Below are positions 24,720 to 36,840 of a stretch of DNA of 60,000 nucleotides, piece after piece. The stretch is from Mobula hypostoma. Its lineage: Eukaryota. The stretch's first letter is position 1. Every line of letters starts with the position of its first letter. The translations under genes and the position numbers were made by a program. The stretch lies in NCBI RefSeq assembly GCF_963921235.1, contig NC_086097.1, positions 75,890,001 to 75,950,000 of the forward strand, in the 5' to 3' direction. The notes under the pieces were generated by a model. The model ran no database searches, was not told the DNA's origin, and was given only the letters and a program-made list of their open reading frames with translations.

Positions 24720-26350
24720 AGAACAATGCCGCCTACACTGGAGTTCTTGAGGAGTAGCATGGAAAAGGTTGGTATCTCCCTGGTTTCTGTCAAATATAGG
24801 GTGGCTTCAATTAATGCCATCCCTGAGAAAGAAAAATCAACATCACCTGAATGTGATGCTTCACTCTCAGATGAGCTCAACATCTTTAATGCATGCTTTA
24901 AAACAGTGAATAAAACTACACCTGTGCAAATCCCTGAAGCATCTGGTGACCCTGTGATCTCTGTCTCAGAGGCCAACGTCAGAACATCTTTCAAGAGGAT
25001 GAACCCCTGCTAGGCCTCAGGCCCTGATGGTGTACCAGATATGGTACTAAAAAACCGACAACCAACTGACGGGAGTGCTCAAAGACATCTTCAGTCTCTC
25101 ACTGCTGCAGTCAGTGGTTCCCATCTGCTTCAATAGGGCAGCAATCATACTAGAGCCCAAGAAGAGCAGGATGAACTGCCTCAGGCTCAGTTGCACACAC
25201 ATCTACAGTGACGAAGCGCTTTGAGAGATTGAACATGGTGAGAAACATTTCCTGCCTAAGAAAGGACCTGAACCTGCTGCCATTTGCCTACCATAATAGG
25301 TCTAAAGCACATGCAATCCCACTGGCTCCCCACTTGGCCTTGAATCATCTGGGCAATAGCAATACCTAGATCAGGCTGCTGTATATTGATTACAGCTCAG
25401 TAATCCACACAATCACACCCTCAGTATCAACAAGGTCCATAAGCTGGGCCTCTGTACTTCCCTCTGCAACTGGATCCTTGACTTCCTTACCAGGAGACCA
25501 TAGTCAATGCAGATCGGGAATAACATCTCCTCCTCACTTACAATCAACACTGGCGTACTTCAAGGATGCATGCTTAGTCTACTGCTCTACTCTCTCTCTA
25601 TATATATATAACTGTGTGGTTTGGTGCAGCTCAAATGCCATCTATAAATTTGCTAATGCCACAACTATTCCTGCATTCGAGTCAAGGGAATGCACACCAG
25701 CCCTCATTGAGGGATCAGCAGTGGAAAGGGTGAGCAGTTTCAAGTTCCCGGGTGTCCATATGTTTGAACATTTATCCTTGGCCCAACATATTGATGAAAT
25801 TACAAAAAAGGCATGACAGTGGCTATAGCTCATTAGGAGTTTGAAGAGACTTAATATATCTTCAAAGATTCTAGCAAATTTCTATAGAGGTACCACGGAC
25901 AGCATTCTAACTGGTTGCATCACTGTCTCATAGGATGGGGTCACTGCACAGGATCAGAAAGTTGTTAACTCAGCCAGCTCCATCATAGACATTAGCCTCC
26001 CCAGCATCAGGGACACCTTCAAAAGATGTCGCATTGAGGACTTCCATCACCCAGGACATTCCCTCTTCTCATTGCTACCATCAAGGTGGAGGTGCAAGAG
26101 CTTGAAGACACATACTCAATGTTTCAGGAACAGCTTCTTCCCTTCACCACCAGATTTCTGCATGGACAACGAACCCATGAACACTACATTGCTATTTTCC
26201 TCTCTCTTTGTTCTACTTATTTAATTTAATGTTTCATACGTACTTCTTATTGTAATTTATAGTTTTTCTATTATGTATTGCAGAGCATTGCTGCTGCAAA
26301 ACAACAAATTTCACAACATATGTCAGTGATCTTAAACCTTTTTCTAATCT
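24720..26350 (+). mobile_element. Decayed Rex1/Babar LINE inside the U12 intron
   Basis: DASLSDELNIFNACF, ISVSEANVRTSFKRMNP, YKFANATT, AVERVSSFKFPGVH; 3' tail cttaaacctt..tctaatct. Confidence 0.8.
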
Positions 26351-27721
26351 GGATCCATGTTTTCTTGATGGAATATGCGCAATACTAGATAATTGGTGTA
26401 ACCAACAAGCCTGCCATAGTTCACTGCACTGTGCAGAGTCACAATTAAGTAATTAGTACATGGAAGTTTGCAGGCAGATATCAGTAATGGGGCAACAGCA
26501 GAACAGTGATAGCAAAAAGATGGGGTTAATGTCTTTAGAAGTGTGTGATAGTCACAATATAACAAGTGCAGTTTTATGCTGCTTTCATGATTTGATGAAA
26601 CTACATTAACTTCTGAGGGTCAAAGCTGTTAATGATTTTATAACATATGTCTTCACAGACAGGTAAAAATGTCTGCACTGTAGGTTTGTTTCTTTTCTAA
26701 TTTGGTTTCAGAGCAACAGGGGGAATAAAAACCCTTGTTCTAACATATGTGATATAACCCAACATCATGCAGTGCCACTCATACCTCACTATGAATTGGT
26801 GCATTGGTGTGCCCTTTTCATGTATCTGGGAAGCTTTTCATCTCTCTCCAAGCCTGCTGTTCATTCTCCATGATGACATACTAATTATCATAATAGTTAA
26901 TGTGTCTTCTGAAGTAGCTTCTGTTGCCTAGGTTATTTTAAACATAGTCTCACTGATTACAGTCTATTTTTAAACTGTTTCAACTCGATGAAGTACTACA
27001 GGGATTTTAAATTAACGCTTGCTTATTTTTCAGTGTTAGATATGTGAAGAGAAATGGAAGATACTTATAATGCATATGCATTTAGCAAAGGTAGGTGATA
27101 GCCTTTCTTTCTTATTCAGTTCTTCCAGACATTATAAGGCAGTTCTAATTATATTAATATTGCACTACCTCTGTTGTGAAATTTCTATGGAACTACAATT
27201 GTAAAACTGAAGTATGAACTTTGAATGGGGTATTCATAAGATTCTAAAATTGAAACTGAATGGTAATAGTTTCCTTATCACTAAAAATATATCAGTTCCT
27301 CTTAATCGTGTCAGATCATATTATCACTAAAGTGAAGTTCAGCTGGCCTTTGGTGTTTTTGCTAGCTGAGCAGGGGTCAGCCTTCTTCCTGTCACAGATG
27401 CCATTGAAAGCTTGGTATCAACATTGGACCAGCATGCTTTTGTTTTGAACCTCATCGTGTGCATTCCCAGATAAAAACCACTTACAAATTTTTCATGAGG
27501 TGTTTACAGTCTACAAAAAAGGTTCATTTTAGTATCTTTGGTCAAGTAATTTAACTCAAAGTGCAGAGCAGAAAAACTGATCCATCCTGGTTCACCTATT
27601 TTTCAGGCATATCGATTTGTTATATCAAAACCTGCTGAAATTATCAGAGGAACTCAGCCGTAAGGATGAAGTTCAGACTATCAGGGAAATACACTTGAAT
27701 GATCTCTGCTCCACCGAGGCC

Positions 27722-27852
27722 ACGACGAAGGGTCTCGGCCTGAAACGTCGACTGCACCTCTTCCTACAGATGCTGCCTGGCCTGCTGCGTTAACCAGCAA
27801 CTTTGATGTGTGTTGTTTGAATTTCCAGCATCTGCAGAATTCCTGTTGTTTA
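27722..27852 (+). mobile_element. Penelope-like element 3' end, 5'-truncated within the hammerhead core
   Basis: gacgaagggtctcggcctgaaacgtcgactgcacctc...gcagaattcctgttgttt, near-identical to the 15186 and 46538 copies. Confidence 0.85.
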
Positions 27853-28409
27853 TGTATGTGACCTGCTACTTTGTACCAAAATATACTATCTTAGAGCATG
27901 GCTTTTGCTAAGACAAAGTCACTAACAAGGTCAGTACATTTGAAGTCAGGTGACATAAAACAATTGATAGCAATCTTGCCATGAGGTACCAAAAAGAATG
28001 TAAAAGATAAAGAAAGTTACAAAATATAGGAATTGGAGTGCGTTCGTGCTAGGACAACTGATGTTCTCTATTTGTATAAATGATTTGGAGTCTAGAATCA
28101 ACAGACTTTTTTCAGAATTTGCAGATCAAAGCAAAGTTCTAAGTCATCATGAAGCTTGCTGTGTATGTAATAAGGTGCAAAACTTTGGTCCACATATTAG
28201 AATTAAACTTTAAATTGGTGGAGATAGTTATAATGGAGAATAAACAATAAAATACAACTTAATGCATTATCTTTGAGAATAGCAATTATTTATTTTCAAT
28301 AAAGCACAAGGGTGGCTACCTTAAATGGTTCATTAGGTTACACTATTGAGGTAGCGTTTAGGAATCAAAAGGAGGTGATTTTTTGGGGATTATACCATAC
28401 ACACCATTA

Positions 28410-29125
28410 AACCATAAGAATAGGAGCAGAATTAGGCTGTTCAGCCCATCAGGTCTGCTCTACCATTCCATCATGGCTAATTTATTATCCCTCTCAACCT
28501 CATTCTCTTGCTTTCTGCCCATAATCTTTGGCACTCTGACTAATCAAAAACCTATCAACCACTGCTTTAATGGACTTTGCCTCCACGCCGTCTTTTGCAA
28601 TGAATTTCATAGATTTATTACCCTCTAGCTGAAGACATTTCTCCTCATCTCTGTTCTAAATTGATGTTGCTCTATTCTGATGTTGTGCCCTCTGTTCCTA
28701 GACTTCACCACTACAGGAAACATCCTCACCACATCCACTTCATCTAGACCTTTTAATATTCACAAAATATTCAATCGGCTTTAAAAGAGATCCCACTCAC
28801 TCTTCTAAATTCCAGCATGTACAGGCCCAGAGCCATCAAATGCTCCTCATACATTAACCTTTTCATTCCCAGAATAATTCTTGTGAATCTCCTCTGGGCT
28901 TTCTCGAATGCCAGCACATCTTTTTTTTTAAGATACCGGGTTGAAAACTGCTCATAATACTCCTCTGACTAATGCCTTATAAAGCCTCAGCATTACGCCT
29001 TTGCTTTTATATTCTAGTCCTCTTAAAATGAATGCTAACGTTGCTTTTGCCTCCTTACCACTGAGTCAACGTGAAAGTTAACCTTCAGGGAATCCTGCAC
29101 GAGGACTCCTAATGCCCTTTGCCCC
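28410..29125 (-). mobile_element. CR1 3' fragment
   Basis: Closely parallels 6381-7100 (ccataagaataggagcagaattaggc...aatcctgcacgaggactcc). Confidence 0.8.
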
Positions 29126-29275
29126 TACTTTTTTTTATTAAGTGCAATCGTGAACAATAGCCAGATTAAAAATGCTGATCAAGTCAACTAGTTCCCAAAG
29201 AGAACTCTGATAGGCCAATCAGATGGTTTACTGCGGCTCAGCGATAGAACACGAGAAAATCATCTGTCAAGTACA

Positions 29276-29890
29276 TAGAACAGGCACAAAATAATCTGCA
29301 GATGCTGGGGTCAGAGCAACACTCACAACACACTGGAGGAACTCAGCAGGTCGGGCAGCATCTGTGGAAAAGATCGGTCGACGTTTCGGGCCGGAACTCT
29401 TTGTCAGGACTATGGGAAGGGGCAGAGGCCCTATAAAGAAGGTGGGGTAGGGTGAGAAGGAGAAGGCTGGTAGGTTCCAGGTGAAAAACCAGTAAGGGGA
29501 AAGATAAAGGGGTGGGGGGAGGGGAAGCAAGGAGGTGATAGGCAGGAAAGGTGAAGAAGGAATAGGGGAAAACACAATGGATAGTAGAAGGAGGCGGAAC
29601 CCTGAGGGAGGTGATAGGCAGCTGGGGGAGGGGGCAGAGTGACATGTGGATAGGGGAAGGGAGGGGGAGGGAATTACCAGAAGTTGGAGAATTCTATGTT
29701 CATACCAAGGGGCTGGAGACTACCCAGACAGTATATGAGGTGTTGCTCCTCCAACCTGAGTTTGGCCTCATCATGGTAGTAGAGGAGGCCATGTATGGAC
29801 ATATCTAAATGGGAGTGGGAAGCAGAGTTGAAGTGGATGGCTACTGGGAGATCCTGTCCGTTTTGGCGGACGGAGCGGAGGTGCACAAGA
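29276..29890 (-). mobile_element. Penelope-like element 3' part: GIY-YIG endonuclease C-terminus and terminal repeat with a hammerhead variant
   Basis: HLRSVRQNGQDLPVAIHFNSASHS...RLEEQHLIYCLGSLQPLGMNIEFSNF; minus agtc-CTGACAA-agagttccggccc-GAAA-CG-TC-gacc at about 29376-29411. Confidence 0.88.
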
Positions 29891-30099
29891 GTCGCTAGCC
29901 CCTGTACCCCAGAAACACACCTGAGCAGTGCGGTGGAGGTATGTGCTATGCATGACCTGATCTGTAAGCATCATGTTGACTCATAACAGATAGTGTTCAT
30001 GGTGGAACAGCTTAGTCAAGGATGGGGTGATCAGCAGAGATGGACAAATTATACTTCCACTACCTATGATTTTTGAATTTTGAATCAGGGCCAAAATGT

Positions 30100-31550
30100 T
30101 CACAAAAGGACAACATGTCTAGGGATATCAAAGGATAAAAAGTTTAATAAAGAAAAAAACAAAGCAGAAGACAGGTTCCCTGCACTGAAAGTGAGGAAGG
30201 CCCCTTCGGGTATATAGAAAGAAGAGGCAAAAGGGGCCACAAAGTATCACTGGCAGTTAAGATTGAGGAAAATCCCACAGTGTTTTCTAAGTATAATAAG
30301 AACAACAGGGCAGCCAGAGAAATAATGGAGCCCATTCAGAACCAAAGAAGCTATCTATATGTGTTGCCAGTGGATGTGGGCGAGATCTTAAATGAATTGT
30401 TTTTATTTGCAGACACTAAAGAAAAAGACTTTATGGTTGGAAATTTCAGATGAAATTCTAGAGCAGATTAAGATGAGAAAGGATGAGACATTATAAGACT
30501 TAGCAGGCCTAAAGGTGATGAATTCCCAGGAATTGAGTAGATGTATCCCCAAACTGCTATGCAAGGAAGGGAGGAGATTGCTGGGGCCATGATGGAGATA
30601 TTTAAAGCTTCATCACCACAGGTGAGATGCCAAATGCCTGGAAAATAGCAAATGCAGTATATTTATTTTTTTAAAAAAGGCTACAGTAATCTTATTATAC
30701 CCAAGTTAGTCTCATGTCAATGATTGGGAATTATTGGCAAAGTTCTGAGGAGCGGGATTAATCTACACACCAATATGCAGGGGCTGATAGGGGACAACAT
30801 GGATTTATTGGTGGGAAATCATATCTGACTAATTTAAATTTAGGCTTTTTGGTTAAAAAAAGATAACAAAATATATCAATGAGGTGGTGTGGTTGATGTC
30901 ATTCACATGAAATTCAGTTTGGCCTTTAACAAGGTACCACATGGAAGACTGGTCCAAAAGAATAGAGTCCAAAGTGATGAATAGGATTGCTTTGATGTTT
31001 GGAAGCCTGTGACCAGAAGTGTACTGCAGAGATCTGTGCTGGGATCCTTGTTGTTTTACATATACATTAACAACTTAGATATCAATGTGAGAAATCACAT
31101 TAGCAAGTTAGTAACTAAATTATAACCCCAAAGATCAGGATGTACTGATGCATAAATCACCTAAATGAACGGAACAGAGCAGTCATGTTAAACACGTACA
31201 AAATTCTGGCTGAACCACATCTGGAGATCTGTGCAGAGTTCTTAAATTCATATTACAAAACAGATACGAAGGCACTGAAACACAGTATGATAAATATTTA
31301 CCAGAATGATAAAACAATAGGGGGACAACACCAAACTGAACAGCAATGATTTACAAATGAATTGATGGATGTTTTCAAGATTATTAAAAGGATTTTCAAT
31401 GGATTTGGCACAGAGAGGTGGATTTGTAGGGAACACAAAAGTGAGCTATTTAATAAAAAATCATAATAATAACTCCAATAGGGGATTCAGGAGAAATATA
31501 TTTTCATGAAAAGAAGCAAGAATATGGCAATGATTGCCATGGGCATTAGT
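30100..31550 (+). mobile_element. Highly decayed CR1 ORF2 fragment
   Basis: gattgaggaaaatcccacagtg, ggcctttaacaaggtaccacatgg, gatctgtgctgggatccttgttg parallel the CR1 at 48-50 kb. Confidence 0.65.
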
Positions 31551-32035
31551 TGAGACATAGTACTGCTGTATTTACAGGAAATCAAGATAAATATATCTAG
31601 AAACTAGTCAGTTGTGGTGGACTTAAAGTAATATACATGCATAGTAAAGGAACTTCTTTTAAAAATCTATCATTTGCATTAAAATTGAGATATTAAATTT
31701 GGCACTAACAGAACAGTATCAGAAGCATTGAATTGCTTTGCAAGCTTGGTCAGTCTATACCCTCTGTACTGCCTTACAGACTCAATACAGATCACTATCC
31801 TCTGGAGTGGTACTTCAACTCTCAATCTTCTGACTCAGAAAGAAGAGAACCACAGCTGAGCCAGGGCTGACATTAAAGGAATAAAGTGAAGTGGAGGAGA
31901 ATACATTTTCCCGGTTTTTTTAATTTCACAATTAAAAGGATGTTTTGACAAATTATTAGAGCTGCATGTTTTATCTTGCCTTTTGATGATTTGGACACAC
32001 TTTATAGTTAGAGCATTATTGCAGCAAAAGGATAT

Positions 32036-32141
32036 AGTGTGATGAGCTTCTGCAGCAGCTCTGTTGATGATACATTGAAGCGGTGCATTGACAGAGTTAC
32101 CTGCAACAGGTGACTGCTTCGACACAGGTTCCCTTCTGCAT
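32036..32141 (-). CDS. RASGRP1: RAS guanyl-releasing protein 1, exon equivalent to human exon 3 (REM domain)
   Basis: Translates (D)[34 protein letters not shown](L), matching recalled human [36 protein letters not shown]; 106 nt; acceptor ttcttccctcttcctacag; donor is U12-type ATATCCTTT. Confidence 0.95.
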
Positions 32142-32210
32142 CTGTAGGAAGAGGGAAGAATTTCATGAATTGGAACACAATCTCATTGCTGATTTCCATC
32201 CAAATGTATT

Positions 32211-33440
32211 ATGGAGAATAAAGATGCATATGTAAGGCTCCTTTTCATTGACTACAGCTCTGCCTTTAATACCATCATTCCAAATAATCTGATTCCTAAG
32301 CTCTGGAACCTGGGCCTTAGCACTCAGATCTGCAGCTGGATCTTCAACTTCCTCACAGACAGGACCCAGGCTGTAAAAATAGGGGACAAGCTCTCCTCTA
32401 CAATCACTCTGAGCACCGGTGCCCCACGAGGCTGTGCACTCAGCCCCCTGCTGTACTCACTGTACACCCATGTTTGTGTAGCCAAGTTTCCATCAAACTC
32501 AATATATAAGTTTGCTGATGACATAACAATTGTAGGCTGTATCTCAGGTAATGATGAGTTTGAGTACAGAGAGGAAATTAAGAACCTGGTGGCATGGTGC
32601 GAAGACAATAACCTATCCCTCAACGTCAGCAAGACAAAGGAATTGGTTGTTGACTTCAGAAGGAGTAGCGGACCACACGACCCAACTTACATCGGTGGTG
32701 CGCAAGTGGAACAGGTCAAAAGCTTTAAGTTCCTCAGGGTCAATATCACAAATGACCTGACTTGGTCTAACCAAGCAGAGTCCACTGCCAAGAAGGCCCA
32801 CCAGCACCTTTACTTCCTGAGAAAACTAAAGAAATTTGGCCTGTCCCCTAAAACCCTCACTAATTTTTATAGATGCACCGTAGAAAGCATTCTTCTAGGG
32901 TGCATCACAACCTGGTATGGAAGTTATCCTGTCCAAGATCGAAAGAAGCTGCAGAAGATCGTGAACATGGTGCAGCACATCACACAAACTAATCTAACAT
33001 CCGTGGACTCACTTTACACCACACGCTGTCAGAGCAGTGCTGCCAGGATAATCAAGGACACGACCCACCCAGCCAACACACTGTTCGTCCCTCTTCCCTC
33101 TGGGAGAAGGTTCAGGAGCTTGAAGACTCGTATGGCCAGATTTGGGAACAGCTTCTTTCCAACTGTGATAAGACTGCTGAACGGATCCTGACCCAGATCT
33201 GGTCCATACCCTCCAAATATTCGGACCTACTTCTCGGTTTTTTTGCACTACCTTACTTCCCATTTTTCTATTTTCTATTTATGATTTATAATTTAAATGT
33301 TTAATATTTACTAATTTTAACTATTTTTAATATTTAATATTTGTAATCCAGGGAGTGTGAAGCACAGAATCAAATATCGCTGTGATGATTGTACGTTCTA
33401 GTACCAATTGTTTGGCGACAATAAATTATAAAGTATAAAG
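32211..33440 (+). mobile_element. Rex1/Babar LINE, 5'-truncated, with an uninterrupted 326-aa RT C-terminal ORF (32211-33191)
   Basis: [78 protein letters not shown]-rich 3' UTR and (aaagtat)n tail. Confidence 0.92.
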
Positions 33441-33959
33441 TATGCCTTCAGGATTAAAATCTGTGATTTTGCTAATGTCATTTCATCAAATTCAATGCTC
33501 TGTGTGTTCTGAGATTTAAGACAATGGATAACGGCATGCTGCTTAGCCAGAAATACCTGGCTACACTACAAAGTCAGAAAACACTGAAGTAGGTCAACAC
33601 TGGAAGCTCCAAACAGCAACACTGATGGTATAATTGTGCAGCCGTATTTAATTTCAGAGGTCACAAAATGAGAGAGTGGCTCGTTTAATTCCCACATTGC
33701 ACAAGATTTCTTTTTAAAGTGGCTCTGTATGTTGTCTTGTGCTCTTATTACTGAAATCATTATCCATTATTGGCCAAAATTTATCGTGAGAGGAGGGAAA
33801 TAATTTCTCTTTCATGTCATGCACCATACTGACTTAGAAATAAATTGTTAGTCCTTCACTGCTACTGAGAGTAAATTCTAGATTCATGATATCTTTACCA
33901 AAGCCACCACAACAGTTGAAGAAAGCAGCTCACTACAACCTATAAAAACTATTGTATGC

Positions 33960-35210
33960 AAAACAAAACTTGCTTCTCCCATCTCCTTTAAATTTTTCGC
34001 TTCTCACTTTAAACCTACACTGTTTGGCTTTAGACTCTGAGGTAAAAGACCAGCTTTCCATCAAAGCCCCTCATAATCTTATAAACTTCTGTAAGGTCAT
34101 CCCTCAGCTACTTTAACTCAAGTGAAAACAAATCTATCTTATTAAATCTGTTCTTGTAACTAAAGCACTCTATTCCAGGCAACATCCACTGCAGTCTTTC
34201 TATTGCTTCTTGGACAGTAGCAACCAGAACTGCACACAGTACTGTTGCCTAACCAATATTTTGCATAGTTATGACATAATGTCTTCACACTTATACTCAA
34301 TGCCTCAACCTACAAAGGCAAGCATGCCAAATAGCTATCTTCACTACCATAGCCATTTATATGGTCATTTTAAGAAAACTATAAACTCCAAAGGTCTTGT
34401 TATCAACACTTCCAAGTGCTCTGCCACTTATTGCACATATCCTGACTGGGTGATCTATTGAAACCTGTTGAATATTGAAGGACCTAGATAGAGTGGATGT
34501 GAAGAGGATGTTTCTGAAGGTGGGTGAGTCCATTTAGAACAGAGATAAGGAGGAACTTTTATTAACCAGAGGGTAGTGATTCTGTGTAATTCATTTCCAC
34601 AGATGGCTGTGGAGGCCAAGTGATTGAGTATATTTAAAGTGGAGGTTGATAAGTTCTTGATTAGTCATGGCATCAAAGGTTATGGGGAAAAGGCAGGAGA
34701 ATGGGGTTGAGAGGGATAATAAATCAGCTATGATGAAATGGCGGAATAGATTCAATGGGCTCAATGGTCTAATTTTGTTCCTATGTGTTCTAGTCTTCTT
34801 CTTCTGATCCTAAATGCATTACCTCACATTTAAATTAAATTCCAGCTGCTACGGCTCTATCCAAATTTCTTGTCCCTGTGTATCCATTTAAAATGTTCTG
34901 CTCTATCTATAATTCCACCAATTTACGTTTCATCAGCAGACTTACCATTCAGACCACCTAACTCATCTAAGTCATTTTTGTATATCATAAACAACTATTG
35001 TCCCTGTGGTACACCACAGGTGACAGTCAACCAACCCTCCACCACTATCTTCTGCCTCTTTTCATCAAGCGTATTTTGTATCCAGTTTGCCAGCACATCT
35101 TGGATCACAGGTACTTTAACTTTTGGACTAGTCTTATCAACCATGTGGAACCAAAATTTTCCTTTTGATAAAAGAGGACACATTTGCAATTTTCCAGTCT
35201 AATGGAACTT
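33960..35210. mobile_element. Cluster of decayed CR1 fragments (minus 33960-34450 and 34810-35210; plus 34460-34800)
   Basis: WIQNTLDEKRQKIVVEG...VTCGVPQG on minus; CR1 3' UTR on plus. Confidence 0.6.
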
Positions 35211-35279
35211 CATCCAATATATGTAACATTAGAAAGTTTGGCATTTTATTATTTATCTTCTTTTAGCTATGTTTGTCAT

Positions 35280-36840
35280 TGAAAGAGTTGCTGTCTCAAT
35301 CCTGTCCCTACCACGCTTTTTAAGGACTCTTTTAATCGTGTTTTCAATTATGTTAGAAAAATAATTTGCACATTTTTTGAATCTGGAGGCATTCCAAATA
35401 CCTTCAAAATTGGAGGCTGCCAACCCCCTCCTTAAAAAGCCATATCTTGATACTGAGGTACTAGCTAACTACAGGCCTATATCAAATCTTCCCTTGAGAA
35501 AGTCATTTTCAACCAGCTCAGCAATGTTCTCAATGAAAATGATTTTCGATAAAGTTTCAGTCAAGATTTTAGAGCGAAACACAGCAGGGAGACAGCCCTT
35601 ACGAAACTGTCAGTGACCTTATGCTAGTACTAATGCAAAACAGAGTCTTATTTTTAATTCTTCTAGATCTAAGTGATACCTTCGACACAATCGATCACAA
35701 CATTCGCCTAGATTGCCTTGAGAACTGGGTTGGCCTCTCTAGTAGTCAATCCCCTTAATTGGTTTTGCTTATATAATTTAGAAATTGTTTTGTCTGTCTT
35801 GGAGACCAATGTTCTAAGAGATATGATGTACCTTTTGGTGTTGTTCAAGGAAGCTGTCTTGGCCACTACTCTTGTCCTGATACGCACTCCTCTTAGGAGA
35901 CATCATTAGAGAGCATAAACTTGATTCCCACAGTTAATGAAGATGACACACAATTAATTGTATATCTCAGTTGAGTTGCTGATAACACCCTATCTTCTCT
36001 GATTTACGGTATGACTCAATAAACAAATGTCTGAGCAATAATTTCCTCAAACTAAATGAAGATGAAACTGAAATACTTCTGGTTGGTCTCAAAATCAAGA
36101 GATAAGCTTCTTGATAAACTTGGAAACATGGCTCCCCTTTTAAAATCGGAAGCTTAATAAGCCTGGGTATTATCCTTGATTCAGATTTGAATTTTAAATC
36201 TGACATAAACAAAGTGACCAGAGCAGCATTTCTACACTTCTAATGAAGCTGAAAAGCTTTGTATCAAATAAACTAGATTACTACAATGCACTTTATAGTG
36301 GCCTTCCAAAGCAATCTATTGACAAACTTCTACTCATTCAGAATGCCACTGTTAGACTTTCAACTAAAATCAGGATGAGACATCATATCATTCCTGTCCT
36401 AGCTACTCCAGACTGCAGTCCTGCTTCTTTTAGAATTGATTTCTCTTACTTATTTTTAAAGCTCTTAATGATCTAGGACCAGAGTACATTACAGAATTGT
36501 TTTTGTTTTATAATCCGGCTGGAGCTCTCAGGTCTTCTACCGTGGTCTCTTACATTTAAACAATCCCCCTCAAAAGATAATTGGCAGGTCAGCTTTTCTG
36601 AACTTTGTGCCTACACTGTGGAGTTCAACATCTAAAACCAAAAGGGATGCAGAATCAGTTGACACTTCTAAACCCCAGCTGAAATAACTAGTTATTTAAC
36701 CTTGCTTTTAATGAACAGATTTTTGCCTTTTATTTTCATGTATATTTTTTATTTGATTTCATGTTTGCACTTTATCCCGTTGTAAATCACCTTGAACTAC
36801 ATCGTCCGTATGAAAATGCTCTATAAGTTATGATTATTAA
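35280..36840 (+). mobile_element. Older decayed L2 LINE
   Basis: PLLKKPYLDTEVLANYRPISNLP, LLDLSDTFDTIDH, LDYYNALYSGLP...IQNA. Confidence 0.82.

Larger units (their letters stand above)
23292..32035 (-). other. RASGRP1: U12-type (minor spliceosome) AT-AC intron of RASGRP1, 8744 nt
   Basis: 5' site ATATCCTTTT (32035 downward), branch TTCCTTAAT (23310-23302), terminal AC (23293-23292); joining keeps the frame (CT|A = Leu). Confidence 0.93.

Noticed and set aside
33566..33760. ORF ending GASSVDLLQCFLTL, resembling GASLDDLIDSCIQSF
   Set aside because: Similarity is too weak and no suitable splice sites flank it.
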